Of a DNA stretch of 64,000 nt, positions 9,667 through 18,428 are shown piece by piece. Position 1 is the stretch's first letter. Every line of letters starts with the position of its first letter. A program made the translations under genes and the position numbers. The DNA is taken from NCBI RefSeq assembly GCF_038561965.1, contig NZ_CP139348.1, forward strand, positions 1,546,340 to 1,610,339, read 5' to 3'. Source of the stretch: Stutzerimonas stutzeri (GTDB lineage: Bacteria; Pseudomonadota; Gammaproteobacteria; Pseudomonadales; Pseudomonadaceae). The notes under the pieces were generated by a model. That model did not search any database and was not told the origin of the DNA. It was given only the letters and a program-made list of their open reading frames with translations.

Positions 9667-12033
9667 ATGTCGCAGGAACAGCGGGGCTTCATCCTGACCC
9701 GGCACTGGCGCGATACGCCAGACGGCACCGAGGTCAGTTTCTGGCTTGCTACTGATGAAGGGGCACGGCTGGTGCGTGTGCCGCATCAGCATTCGGTTGC
9801 GTTCATTCCCGAGGAGCAGCGCGCGCTCGCAGAGTCGCTCTTGCGTCGCGAGCGTGACGCCGAGCTGCGGCCGCTGACACTATGCGACTTCCGCCATCGG
9901 CCGGTGATGGGGTTGTATTGCCGGTCATACCGACGCTTGCTGGATTGTGCTCGGTTGCTGCGTGAGGCTGGGATTGATGTCTACGAGTCTGATATCCGTC
10001 CGCCCGAACGCTATTTGATGGAGCGGTTCATCACCGCGCCGGTGTCGTTCACGGACACGCCTGTTGGTGGCGGCGCTCCGATCAATGCTCCACTCAAGCC
10101 GGCGCCGGACTACCGCCCGGCGCTCAGACTGGTCTCGCTGGATATCGAAACCACATCCCGTGGCGATCTCTATTCCATTGCCCTGGAGGGCTGCGGTCAG
10201 CGCCAGGTCTATATGCTCGGACCGGAAAACAGCCAGGGCAGCGCCGTCGATTTTTCGCTGGAATACTGCGAAACCCGAAGCCAGTTACTCGAACGGCTGA
10301 ACGCCTGGTTCGCCGAGCACGATCCCGACGCCGTGATTGGCTGGAATCTGGTGCAGTTCGATCTGCGCGTGTTGCACGAGCATTCTCAGCGGCTGCAGGT
10401 CCCATTGCGCCTGGGTCGGGGTGGCGAAGAGGTGGAATGGCGCGAGCATGGCGGGCGCGGCAATCACTTTTTCGCCGCAGCAGCGGGGCGGTTGATCATT
10501 GATGGCATCGAGGCGCTGCGCTCAGCGACCTGGAGTTTTTCCTCGTTCAGTCTGGAGAACGTCGCGCAAACACTGTTGGGCGAAGGGAAAGCGATCGACA
10601 ATCCCTATCAGCGAATGGCGGAAATCGATCGCATGTTCGCCGAGGACAAGCCGGCCCTGGCGCGTTACAACCTCAAGGATTGTGAGCTGGTAACACGCAT
10701 TTTCGCCCACACGGAATTGCTGACGTTTCTTCTCGAGCGCGCCACCGTGACCGGCTTGGCCGCGGATCGCAGTGGCGGCTCAGTCGCTGCGTTCGAACAC
10801 CTGTACATGCCGCTGATGCACCGCCAAGGCTTCGTGGCGCCTAATCTCGGTGAACGTCAGGCCGAAGCCAGCCCAGGCGGCTTCGTGATGAACTCGCAGC
10901 CGGGGTTGTACGAGTCCGTATTGGTGCTTGATTACAAGAGTCTCTATCCCTCGATCATTCGCACCTTTCTCATTGACCCGGTGGGGTTGATCGAGGGGCT
11001 GCGTCACCCGACCGACGAGGAGTCGATCCCCGGCTTTCGCGGGGCGCACTTCTCACGCACCCGGCACTGCCTGCCGGCAATCGTGGAGCGCGTCTGGGAA
11101 GGTCGCGAAACGGCGAAGCGTGAGCACAACAAGCCGTTGTCGCAGGCCCTGAAAATCATCATGAATGCGTTCTACGGGGTGCTTGGTTCTAGTGGCTGTC
11201 GCTTCTTCGATACGCGGTTGGCCTCGTCCATCACCCTGCGCGGCCACGAGATCATGCGGCACACGCGGGAATTGATCGAGGCGCAGGGGCACGCGGTGAT
11301 TTATGGCGATACCGATTCCACGTTCGTCTGGCTGCGCAAGGCGCATTCGGATGACGAGGCTGCGAGGATCGGCCAAGAGCTGGTGCGGCACATCAACGGC
11401 TGGTGGCGTAAACATCTGCAGACCGAGTTGGGCTTGGCCAGCGCATTGGAGCTGCAGTACGAAACCCATTTCCGGCGTTTTCTGATGCCGACCATTCGTG
11501 GCGCGGAGGAGGGCAGCAAGAAGCGCTATGCCGGCCTGGTCACGCGCCCGGACGGCAGTGACGGCATGGTTTTCAAGGGTCTGGAGACCGTACGCACGGA
11601 CTGGTCACCCTTGGCGCAGCGCTTTCAGCAGGAGTTGTACCAACGCATCTTTCACCGCCAGCCGCACCAGGATTACGTCCGTGATTATGTGCGGCGCACG
11701 CTGGCCGGTGAGCTGGATGAGCTGCTGATCTATCGCAAGCGCCTGCGCCGGCGGCTCGATGACTACCAGCGCAACGTGCCGCCGCATGTGCGGGCAGCGC
11801 GCCTGGCGGATGACTACAACGACCGCCAGGGCCGGCCGCGGCAATACCAGAACGGCGGCTGGATCAGCTATCTGATCACGGTCGCAGGGCCCGAACCGTT
11901 GGAGACGCGGTCATCGCCCATCGACTATGACCATTATGTGTCGCGACAACTGCAGCCGGTGGCGGACGCGATACTGCCATTCGTGGGCGATAACTTCGCT
12001 TCGCTGGTCGATGGACAGCTCGGGTTGTTCTGA
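9667..12033 (+). CDS. polB: DNA polymerase II (family B)
   Basis: N-terminal 3'-5' exonuclease motifs (LDIETT), polymerase motifs (YGDTDS, KKRYAG). RBS gaggaggg before the ATG at 9667. Confidence 0.9.
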   Translation: MSQEQRGFILTRHWRDTPDGTEVSFWLATDEGARLVRVPHQHSVAFIPEEQRALAESLLRRERDAELRPLTLCDFRHRPVMGLYCRSYRRLLDCARLLREAGIDVYESDIRPPERYLMERFITAPVSFTDTPVGGGAPINAPLKPAPDYRPALRLVSLDIETTSRGDLYSIALEGCGQRQVYMLGPENSQGSAVDFSLEYCETRSQLLERLNAWFAEHDPDAVIGWNLVQFDLRVLHEHSQRLQVPLRLGRGGEEVEWREHGGRGNHFFAAAAGRLIIDGIEALRSATWSFSSFSLENVAQTLLGEGKAIDNPYQRMAEIDRMFAEDKPALARYNLKDCELVTRIFAHTELLTFLLERATVTGLAADRSGGSVAAFEHLYMPLMHRQGFVAPNLGERQAEASPGGFVMNSQPGLYESVLVLDYKSLYPSIIRTFLIDPVGLIEGLRHPTDEESIPGFRGAHFSRTRHCLPAIVERVWEGRETAKREHNKPLSQALKIIMNAFYGVLGSSGCRFFDTRLASSITLRGHEIMRHTRELIEAQGHAVIYGDTDSTFVWLRKAHSDDEAARIGQELVRHINGWWRKHLQTELGLASALELQYETHFRRFLMPTIRGAEEGSKKRYAGLVTRPDGSDGMVFKGLETVRTDWSPLAQRFQQELYQRIFHRQPHQDYVRDYVRRTLAGELDELLIYRKRLRRRLDDYQRNVPPHVRAARLADDYNDRQGRPRQYQNGGWISYLITVAGPEPLETRSSPIDYDHYVSRQLQPVADAILPFVGDNFASLVDGQLGLF

Positions 12034-12105
12034 CTTCGTCGGGCCGCGGCATCGATGTCGTGTCGGGTCGGTCGTATGTGGAGTGACCATCGACGGAGCT
12101 CCGAC

Positions 12106-12414
12106 ATGTATCTGATCCAGCTGCTGCTACCGCTCTATGACAATGATCAGCAAGCGCTGCCGAAATCGCTGTTCGGCATGGTGAGCGATGAGCTCATCGA
12201 GCACTTCGGCGGCCTGACCACATATTCGCGAGCGCCGGCGAGTGGTTACTGGCTGGAGGACGGAGACAATGCCGTTCACGACGAATCGGTGGTCTACGAG
12301 GTCATGGTCGATGAGCTGGACAGGAGCTGGTGGGCCGATTACCGCGCCGAGCTGGAGCGCCGGTTTCGGCAGGAGATGCTGGTGATTCGGGCACATGCTC
12401 TGATGCTGCTGTAG
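12106..12414 (+). CDS. hypothetical protein (102 aa)
   Basis: ORF with GGAG RBS 8 nt upstream and host-like codon usage. No family recognised. Confidence 0.5.
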   Translation: MYLIQLLLPLYDNDQQALPKSLFGMVSDELIEHFGGLTTYSRAPASGYWLEDGDNAVHDESVVYEVMVDELDRSWWADYRAELERRFRQEMLVIRAHALMLL

Positions 12415-12463
12415 GCACTGTCGCCAACAGCTATGGCCGGCGGGCCCGGCCATCGGTGTTTAG

Positions 12464-12808
12464 TTACTTGCGGATCCAGTTACCGTTGAGCTGGATGATC
12501 TGTCCCGGTGGTGTTTTCTCGATGGCCTTCTTGCCTGCAATGGCTTCCACGTCGCTGACGCTGATGCCGTTCTGCTTGGCAACACGGTGGTATTCCGCGC
12601 GGCGCGCCTGGTTGATCTGGCTGGCGATGTCCTCGGCGTTCTGGCTGGAGCGAACCACTCCAAGGTAGCCGTCGGGCCTCTCGCCAAGCAGACCGCTGGC
12701 CTTGGCGTCGCCCAGGGCGGACATGGCTTCGTTGAGTGTCATGGCTGCTGCGGGCAGGGCCAGGGCGAGCGCGAACAGCAGGCTCGCCAATTTGAGATAG
12801 GTTTTCAT
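12464..12808 (-). CDS. ydbL: YdbL family periplasmic protein (DUF1318)
   Basis: Signal peptide plus ~90-aa conserved body. It is the last gene of the ydbH-ynbE-ydbL arrangement. Confidence 0.75.
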   Translation of the reverse strand: MKTYLKLASLLFALALALPAAAMTLNEAMSALGDAKASGLLGERPDGYLGVVRSSQNAEDIASQINQARRAEYHRVAKQNGISVSDVEAIAGKKAIEKTPPGQIIQLNGNWIRK

Positions 12809-12816
12809 CGTCGTCC

Positions 12817-13008
12817 TCAGAACAGTCCGCTGTCTTGGTTGATGATTGAGTCGAGCTGCTTGTCTACCCGGATGTAAATCTCGTGTTCGATCTTCACGTT
12901 CAGGTTGATGTTGATCGGCTCGTTCGGCACGGCCAGTTCCACCCTCGGCGTACAGGCGCTGGCAAACAGGGCCAGCAACAGAATGATCAGCGATTGGCGC
13001 AACCGCAT
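12817..13008 (-). CDS. ynbE: YnbE family lipoprotein
   Basis: Lipobox LFASAC and ~60-aa length. Start placed at MRLRQSLIILLL, internal to the longer ORF. Confidence 0.7.
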   Translation of the reverse strand: MRLRQSLIILLLALFASACTPRVELAVPNEPININLNVKIEHEIYIRVDKQLDSIINQDSGLF

Positions 13009-13045
13009 GGCGGTCTCTCCTGTGTCGGCTTGCGGTTGCATGGCC

Positions 13046-15607
13046 TCAGCGAAGCCGTTCCTGCACCCGCCGTTGAATGGTTTCGCTTACCCGGTCGCTC
13101 AGCTGCAAGCTGGTTAGTAGCGCCGGAATGTCCTCTTCAAGGTTGATAGAGAAGTTGATAGGTCTACCGCCTTCCAAAGCCGGGTTGCGGCCATTCAGAC
13201 GTAGCCCGAGGTTCAGCTTGCCGCTCTCATCATAGCGGACGTCGCTGCTCAGCAGATCATAATGAAAATCGTGCAAGGCCTCGCTGACGATTCGCATGGC
13301 TGGGTTCGCCTGGGCGAGGGCTTCGATCTTCGGTGAGCGAAAGCGCAGTACGCCACCCGGTGCGCGTGCTGCGAGCTGCCCCTGATCCACGCTTAGCCCC
13401 GTGGCGCTGCGATGGATTTCAAAGCTGCCGTCGATATGGCCGCTGCCACTGAGGCCTTCGGTTGGATAGGCTGCCAGCAACTCGCTTAGCTGCACGCCCT
13501 GCAGATGGGCGTTGAGCTGCTGTTGCGCTGCGGCCAGATCAAGGCTTGCCGGCTCCAGCGAGAACCGGCCGCCGAGGATTTGCGTTTCGGCAGTTTGCCA
13601 GCTCAGGCGCCCTTGTCCCGGTTGGTCGAGGCTGGCGTTGTAAGCACCACGCAGCAGGAGCGGGCCGAAGGTGAAGCCGGGATTGAGCTGCGCCAGGCGG
13701 AGTTCGGTGATGTCCATCTGCAAACGATTGTGCTGCAGGCTGCCGGCAAGGCGCGCATCGAGCCCGGATATCTCGGTGCGGTCGTAGATGCCCGCCAGGC
13801 CTCTTGCCTCAAGGGCGAGACTGGCCGATAGCACACCGCTGCCGGTCGGCAACGAAAACTTGCCATCGCCCAGCAGCCGCCCGCTGTTCAGCTCAAGCGC
13901 TGCCGGCCAGGCAGTGAAGCTGCGGGCGAATGGATTGCCGGCGCGCAGGAATATCTCTTGCAGCTTGCCGCTTACCTGCAACGAGCCATTCCAGGCGTTG
14001 TTCAGGCTGGTTGCCAGTGCCAGCCCGGCGTCATTGCTTAGCGGGCCGGTTGCATTCAATCGCGTTGCGTCGACATCCAGCTGGCTGCTCCAGCGCCAGC
14101 CTTGGCTGATCAGCTGCGGATGCTCCAGTGTGCCCAGGCGCAGCTCTACCGGGCCGCGTAGGCGCCATGTAATGGGTTCGGTCCCGCTGCGCTCGATTTG
14201 CAGGCTGAGCGGCTGCGGCAGCTCGGCACGTAACTGGCTGGCCGCAAACTCTGCGCTGGTCATTCGGGCGAGGGTTACACGCGATGTCTTATCGACCTGC
14301 AGAGCGATCCGCTCGAAGTCAGCTCGGCCCGAAAAGCTCAGTGCGGCCTCCAGTCCTTGCAGTGAAAGCGCATCCAGCTGCAGCTTGCTGCTGCGCAGTT
14401 GCAGGCGTGCTTGCTCGACATCCAATGTGTAAGGCGGCGCGGTGGCCAGCTGCACGCGCGCTTGCAGCGTTGCCGGGGTGCTGCCCTGGGATTCCAGGCG
14501 AAGCTGCAAGGGCAGCCGGCCTTGAGCCGTCTCGGCTTCCATCGGGACGATATCGAGATTCAGCAGAGTGGGGCGCAGGCTTTTCGGCAGTTCGGCAACC
14601 ATCGTTGGTTCAGGGCGTAGTTTGAGGCTGGCTTTCAGTTCGGTGGGCAGCCACAGACCGTTCTGCCCATTGGCCGCCAGGTCGATCTCGCCTTGTAGCT
14701 CGCCAAGGCCGATGACGGGCCAGAAGGCGGGCAGATGAGCAGACAGGCGCAGATCGCCGGCGGCATCGCGCCAGTCGAAACCTGCGCCCGGTGCCTGCGG
14801 CAACGCCAGTGCCCAGCCTGCGCCCAGTCGCATGTCTGTCGGCATGTCCGGCAGCGTGGCAGGTTGGTAGCTTGTCCATTCCCCTAGCCATTCCAGCAAC
14901 CAGGGCGCTTCCGGCAGGCTGCCCATCGACAGCGTGCCGTTCCACAGCAGTTCATTGGTACTGTCCAGCTGGTGGCGGGTTTCCAGGCGCGGTTGCCCAT
15001 CGATCAGCAGCTTCGCTTCGATCAGGCTGTGAAGTTCATCGGAACGCTGCGCACTGATGGTCAGCGATAACTGGTGCTGGTTGCGTCGTAGATCCAGGCG
15101 GGCTTCAAGCGGCAGCAATGATTCGCCAGCATGTTGCAGCTGCAGTGCGCCCCGTTCGTCGCAACGGCCGTTGGCACAGGGGAGGTCCAGCTGCAGATCG
15201 TCTATGGTCAATCGCTGCGGTAGCCAGGCCGCCCACCGTTCATATTGTTCAAGGTCCGGTGCTGGAGAGTGGTCTTCGGGAGCGTCTGGCAGTGAAAGTA
15301 GTGTGAACTGGATTCGATCGATATGTAGGGATCGTGCTGGCAACGGTTTTGAAAGGCTGGGTATCCGCAAGGCAACGTTGTCAGCCTGTGCGGCCATGGC
15401 CAAGCCGTCCACAGTTCGCTGTTCGTAGTTCAAACGGCTAACGGTTATGCCTTGAGTCGAGACGCGCAGGTTTTCCCATTCGAGGCGCTCAATGCCCTGT
15501 TCCCGCTTGAACATATTCCACTGATACCAGGCGAAGCCGCCGGCAAGCGATGCAAGCCCCAGCAGTCCTAGCAACAGCCAGAGCAGGATTCTCGACGGTT
15601 TTGTCAT
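13046..15607 (-). CDS. ydbH: YdbH-like AsmA-family protein (intermembrane lipid transport-type)
   Basis: N-terminal transmembrane anchor MTKPSRILLWLLLGLLGLASLAGGFAW, then ~850 aa of repetitive beta-rich sequence. Operon context with ynbE and ydbL. Confidence 0.8.
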   Translation of the reverse strand: MTKPSRILLWLLLGLLGLASLAGGFAWYQWNMFKREQGIERLEWENLRVSTQGITVSRLNYEQRTVDGLAMAAQADNVALRIPSLSKPLPARSLHIDRIQFTLLSLPDAPEDHSPAPDLEQYERWAAWLPQRLTIDDLQLDLPCANGRCDERGALQLQHAGESLLPLEARLDLRRNQHQLSLTISAQRSDELHSLIEAKLLIDGQPRLETRHQLDSTNELLWNGTLSMGSLPEAPWLLEWLGEWTSYQPATLPDMPTDMRLGAGWALALPQAPGAGFDWRDAAGDLRLSAHLPAFWPVIGLGELQGEIDLAANGQNGLWLPTELKASLKLRPEPTMVAELPKSLRPTLLNLDIVPMEAETAQGRLPLQLRLESQGSTPATLQARVQLATAPPYTLDVEQARLQLRSSKLQLDALSLQGLEAALSFSGRADFERIALQVDKTSRVTLARMTSAEFAASQLRAELPQPLSLQIERSGTEPITWRLRGPVELRLGTLEHPQLISQGWRWSSQLDVDATRLNATGPLSNDAGLALATSLNNAWNGSLQVSGKLQEIFLRAGNPFARSFTAWPAALELNSGRLLGDGKFSLPTGSGVLSASLALEARGLAGIYDRTEISGLDARLAGSLQHNRLQMDITELRLAQLNPGFTFGPLLLRGAYNASLDQPGQGRLSWQTAETQILGGRFSLEPASLDLAAAQQQLNAHLQGVQLSELLAAYPTEGLSGSGHIDGSFEIHRSATGLSVDQGQLAARAPGGVLRFRSPKIEALAQANPAMRIVSEALHDFHYDLLSSDVRYDESGKLNLGLRLNGRNPALEGGRPINFSINLEEDIPALLTSLQLSDRVSETIQRRVQERLR

Positions 15608-16077
15608 GGCCACTTCCAGAAGGCGAGGGAGACAGCATAGCTGCAGAACAGACGTAGCGACCGTGCTCTGGCGTGGTGCAGGAAGCGACAGCGCGAGGCT
15701 TGAAAGGTTCACTCGAAGCCCGCGTAGGCCGTTGTGTCAAGGGCTTCTGAGCGACGTGCGCCGAACTTGTGCACATTTGTGCGGTGGCCCTGTCAAGGCC
15801 TTATGACAAACTGTCGCAAATCAATTGAATCCATAGAACGTTAATAACCAATTGAAAAATAAGCACTTTTTTCGTTGGCGAAAAAAGCGCCAGTTTAAGC
15901 GCAGCCCCCATGAGACGTGGCGTTCGACGATTTGTCTGCTGTTTGTCCACTGAGTTATCCACAGCTTCTGTGGATTAAAAACTGATGTGATCCGGATCTA
16001 CTTTTTTCGTTTTTGACAAGACTTTAACTCTCAGAAAAAAGGAGTAGAGTGCGCGACCTTATCCATCCAGCCCCCTG

Positions 16078-16500
16078 ATGTGCATGAGAACGCGTACCTC
16101 CGTTTCCGCCTCCTTTGCTACTTCCACTCCATCGGCACGTCTGCCGCTGCGTATGGCGCTGTGGTTGCTCGACAGCCAGCACCTGGGCACAAACCAGGGC
16201 GTCAAGCGCATCGCCGGCCGTCTGCTCAAGCAGCCTGCGCGCGAGGGCGTGGTAGAAGCACAGAGCCGCCTCGGCCGCTTGCTGTGCTGTGAGTGTGAAA
16301 GTCAGCGCGATCGCCGCATCGGTTTCGAACTGCTGCGTCAGGCGGCGCGTGCTGGTGATTGCCAGGCTCAGCTGGAACTTGGCCGCCGGTATGGCGAGCC
16401 GGATCATCCCGAGCCTGCCAAGGCGCGCCTCTGGCTCGAACAGGCCGCGGCGCAAGGCTCTCAGGAAGCGGTGCGCTTCCTCCAGCGGGTCAAGGCCTAA
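16078..16500 (+). CDS. Sel1-repeat (TPR-like) protein; start codon uncertain
   Basis: Two to three Sel1-type repeats (AQ..LG..Y..G, W...AA.QG..A). High GC3. No convincing RBS at either candidate start (16078 or 16153). Confidence 0.5.
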   Translation: MCMRTRTSVSASFATSTPSARLPLRMALWLLDSQHLGTNQGVKRIAGRLLKQPAREGVVEAQSRLGRLLCCECESQRDRRIGFELLRQAARAGDCQAQLELGRRYGEPDHPEPAKARLWLEQAAAQGSQEAVRFLQRVKA

Positions 16501-16563
16501 ACGGCCCCGCACCCGTCTATCTGCGGGTCGCTATACTGCCCGGCAATTTCGCCGGAGCCCTTC

Positions 16564-18036
16564 ATGTCCTTTGATCCTCTTCATCTATTGATCGGTTTGG
16601 CGCTCGGCGCAGTCGCCCTGGCCGTGCTTAGCGTCTATCTGCAGCGCCGCCTGTCTTGCGCCGAAGCCGAACAGGCAATGCTCGACGAGCGGCTCAGGCA
16701 AGCGGCGTTGGCTCAGCAAGGGCTGACCGCCCAGCTGGAAGGCTGCCGGATCGAACTCGCCGAATTGAATGGCATCAAGTCCGAGCAGCAGGCAGAGCTG
16801 GCCGCGCTGCGCCGCGAGACCGAGCTGCTGCGCACGCAGCGCGACGGCAACATGGAAACCATCGCTGATCTGCAAGCCGAGCGTGACGCCCAGATGGGAG
16901 AGTTGCGTCGATTGAGCGCAGCGCATGCAGCGCTCGAAGCCGAGCTGCGCGAACAGCACAGCGCGCATCAGCAGCGATTGACGGATCTGCAGGCGGCGCG
17001 GGATGACTTGCGCGCACAGTTCGCCGAGCTTGCCGGGAAGATCTTCGATGAGCGTGAGCAGCGTTTCAGCGAGTCCAGTCATGAGCGTCTGGGGCAGCTG
17101 CTCGATCCGCTGAAAGAACGTATCCAGTCGTTCGAGAAGCGTGTCGAGGAAAGCTACCAGAACGAGGCGCGTGAGCGGTTTTCCCTGGCCCGTGAACTGG
17201 AGCGGCTGCAACAGCTGAACCAGCGCCTGGGCGACGAGGCGACCAACCTCACCCGCGCGTTGCAGGGTCAGAAGACGCAGGGCAACTGGGGTGAGCTGGT
17301 GCTGGAAAAGGTGCTGGAGCACGCCGGGCTGGAAAAAGGCCGCGAGTATCATACGCAGGTCAGCCTGAAGAGCCCGGATGGTGAGCGTTTCCAGCCGGAT
17401 GTACTGATACATCTGCCAGGTGACAAGCAGGTCGTGGTGGACGCCAAGGTAAGCCTGACCGCCTACCAGGCGCTGACCTGCGCCGAGGACGATAGCAGTC
17501 GGGCGCTGGCGCTCAAGCAGCATGTGCAATCGCTGCGCAGCCACCTCAAGGGCCTCTCGCTCAAGGATTATCAGCGCCTGGACGGGCTGCAGAGCCTCGA
17601 CTTCGTGTTGCTGTTCGTCCCAATTGAAGCGGCTTTCGCCGCAGCGCTGCAGGCCGACCCCGATCTATTTCAGGAGGCATACGGCCGACACATCGTGATC
17701 GTCAGCCCGACCACCTTGCTCGCTACCCTGCGGGTCATCGACAGCCTGTGGCGGCAGGAACGGCAAAGCCAGAACGCACGGGAGATCGCCGAGAAGGCCG
17801 GCGGGCTGTACGACAAGTTCGTCGCTTTCATCCAGGACCTCGATGAAATCGGCAGCCGGTTGCAGCAGGTGGATCGCGCCTACCTTTCTGCGCGCAACAA
17901 GCTCAGCGATGGCCGCGGCAACCTGGTCGGTCGCGCTGAGCAGCTGAAGTCACTTGGCGCGCGGGCCAGCAAGCGGTTGCCGGGGGATTGGCTGGAGCGC
18001 GCCGGCGCTGAAGAACTCAGTGAAGCTGGCGACTAG
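16564..18036 (+). CDS. rmuC: DNA recombination protein RmuC
   Basis: N-terminal transmembrane segment, long coiled coil, and a C-terminal RmuC nuclease-like domain (GNWGELVLEKVLE...). Confidence 0.9.
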   Translation: MSFDPLHLLIGLALGAVALAVLSVYLQRRLSCAEAEQAMLDERLRQAALAQQGLTAQLEGCRIELAELNGIKSEQQAELAALRRETELLRTQRDGNMETIADLQAERDAQMGELRRLSAAHAALEAELREQHSAHQQRLTDLQAARDDLRAQFAELAGKIFDEREQRFSESSHERLGQLLDPLKERIQSFEKRVEESYQNEARERFSLARELERLQQLNQRLGDEATNLTRALQGQKTQGNWGELVLEKVLEHAGLEKGREYHTQVSLKSPDGERFQPDVLIHLPGDKQVVVDAKVSLTAYQALTCAEDDSSRALALKQHVQSLRSHLKGLSLKDYQRLDGLQSLDFVLLFVPIEAAFAAALQADPDLFQEAYGRHIVIVSPTTLLATLRVIDSLWRQERQSQNAREIAEKAGGLYDKFVAFIQDLDEIGSRLQQVDRAYLSARNKLSDGRGNLVGRAEQLKSLGARASKRLPGDWLERAGAEELSEAGD

Positions 18037-18039
18037 GTA

Positions 18040-18390
18040 GCACTTTCAGCGCAGCAGCAGCACCGCTAGGCCCGTCAGCAAGCCGGCGAACATGACTGGC
18101 AAGGTGCGTAGCGCCAGCGCGCGCCCACCGATCAGGTGATCAGCAGCGCACTGACCAGGCTGTTGCTCAGGGCAGCGAAGACGATGCCGCGTATCGCGAC
18201 CTCAGTCTGGTGGTTGCTGAAATCCGGGCGCTGGCCGCCCGCGGCCGCTCCAGATGCGTTCGATGCCGATCAGCAGTCCTGCTGCAAGCGCCGTGGCGAG
18301 GTTGAGAACAACTTGAGTGTCATCGTCCGCCCCGCTGGCGATTGCGCAAATGGCCATCAGCGTAGCCGGCCACTGACAGCAGCATTGCAA
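18040..18390 (-). pseudogene. possible frameshifted remnant of an MgtC/SapB-family membrane protein gene
   Basis: Three consecutive minus-strand frames translate to MgtC-like segments: MAICAIA...LLIGIERIWSGRGRPAPGF, then ...EVAIRGIVFAALSNSLVSALLIT, then IGGRALALRTLPVMFAGLLTGLAVLLLR, separated by stops or frameshifts. Confidence 0.35.
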
Positions 18391-18428
18391 GGCGGGGCGG
18401 CCTCACTATGCAGGCCCGGATATGCGAG

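Noticed and set aside
15941-15978. Possibility that the DnaA boxes mark oriC.
   Set aside because: Only two or three boxes, no dnaA/dnaN/gidA context, and no AT-rich 13-mer array. More likely a regulatory site in a promoter region.
16024-16512. 162-aa minus-strand ORF overlapping the Sel1-repeat ORF.
   Set aside because: No recognisable family, whereas the + strand frame shows clear Sel1 repeats. Kept the + strand call with moderate confidence.
16585-17544. 319-aa minus-strand ORF antisense to rmuC.
   Set aside because: Same reasoning. Leu/Ala/Gln-rich, low-complexity shadow of a coiled-coil gene.
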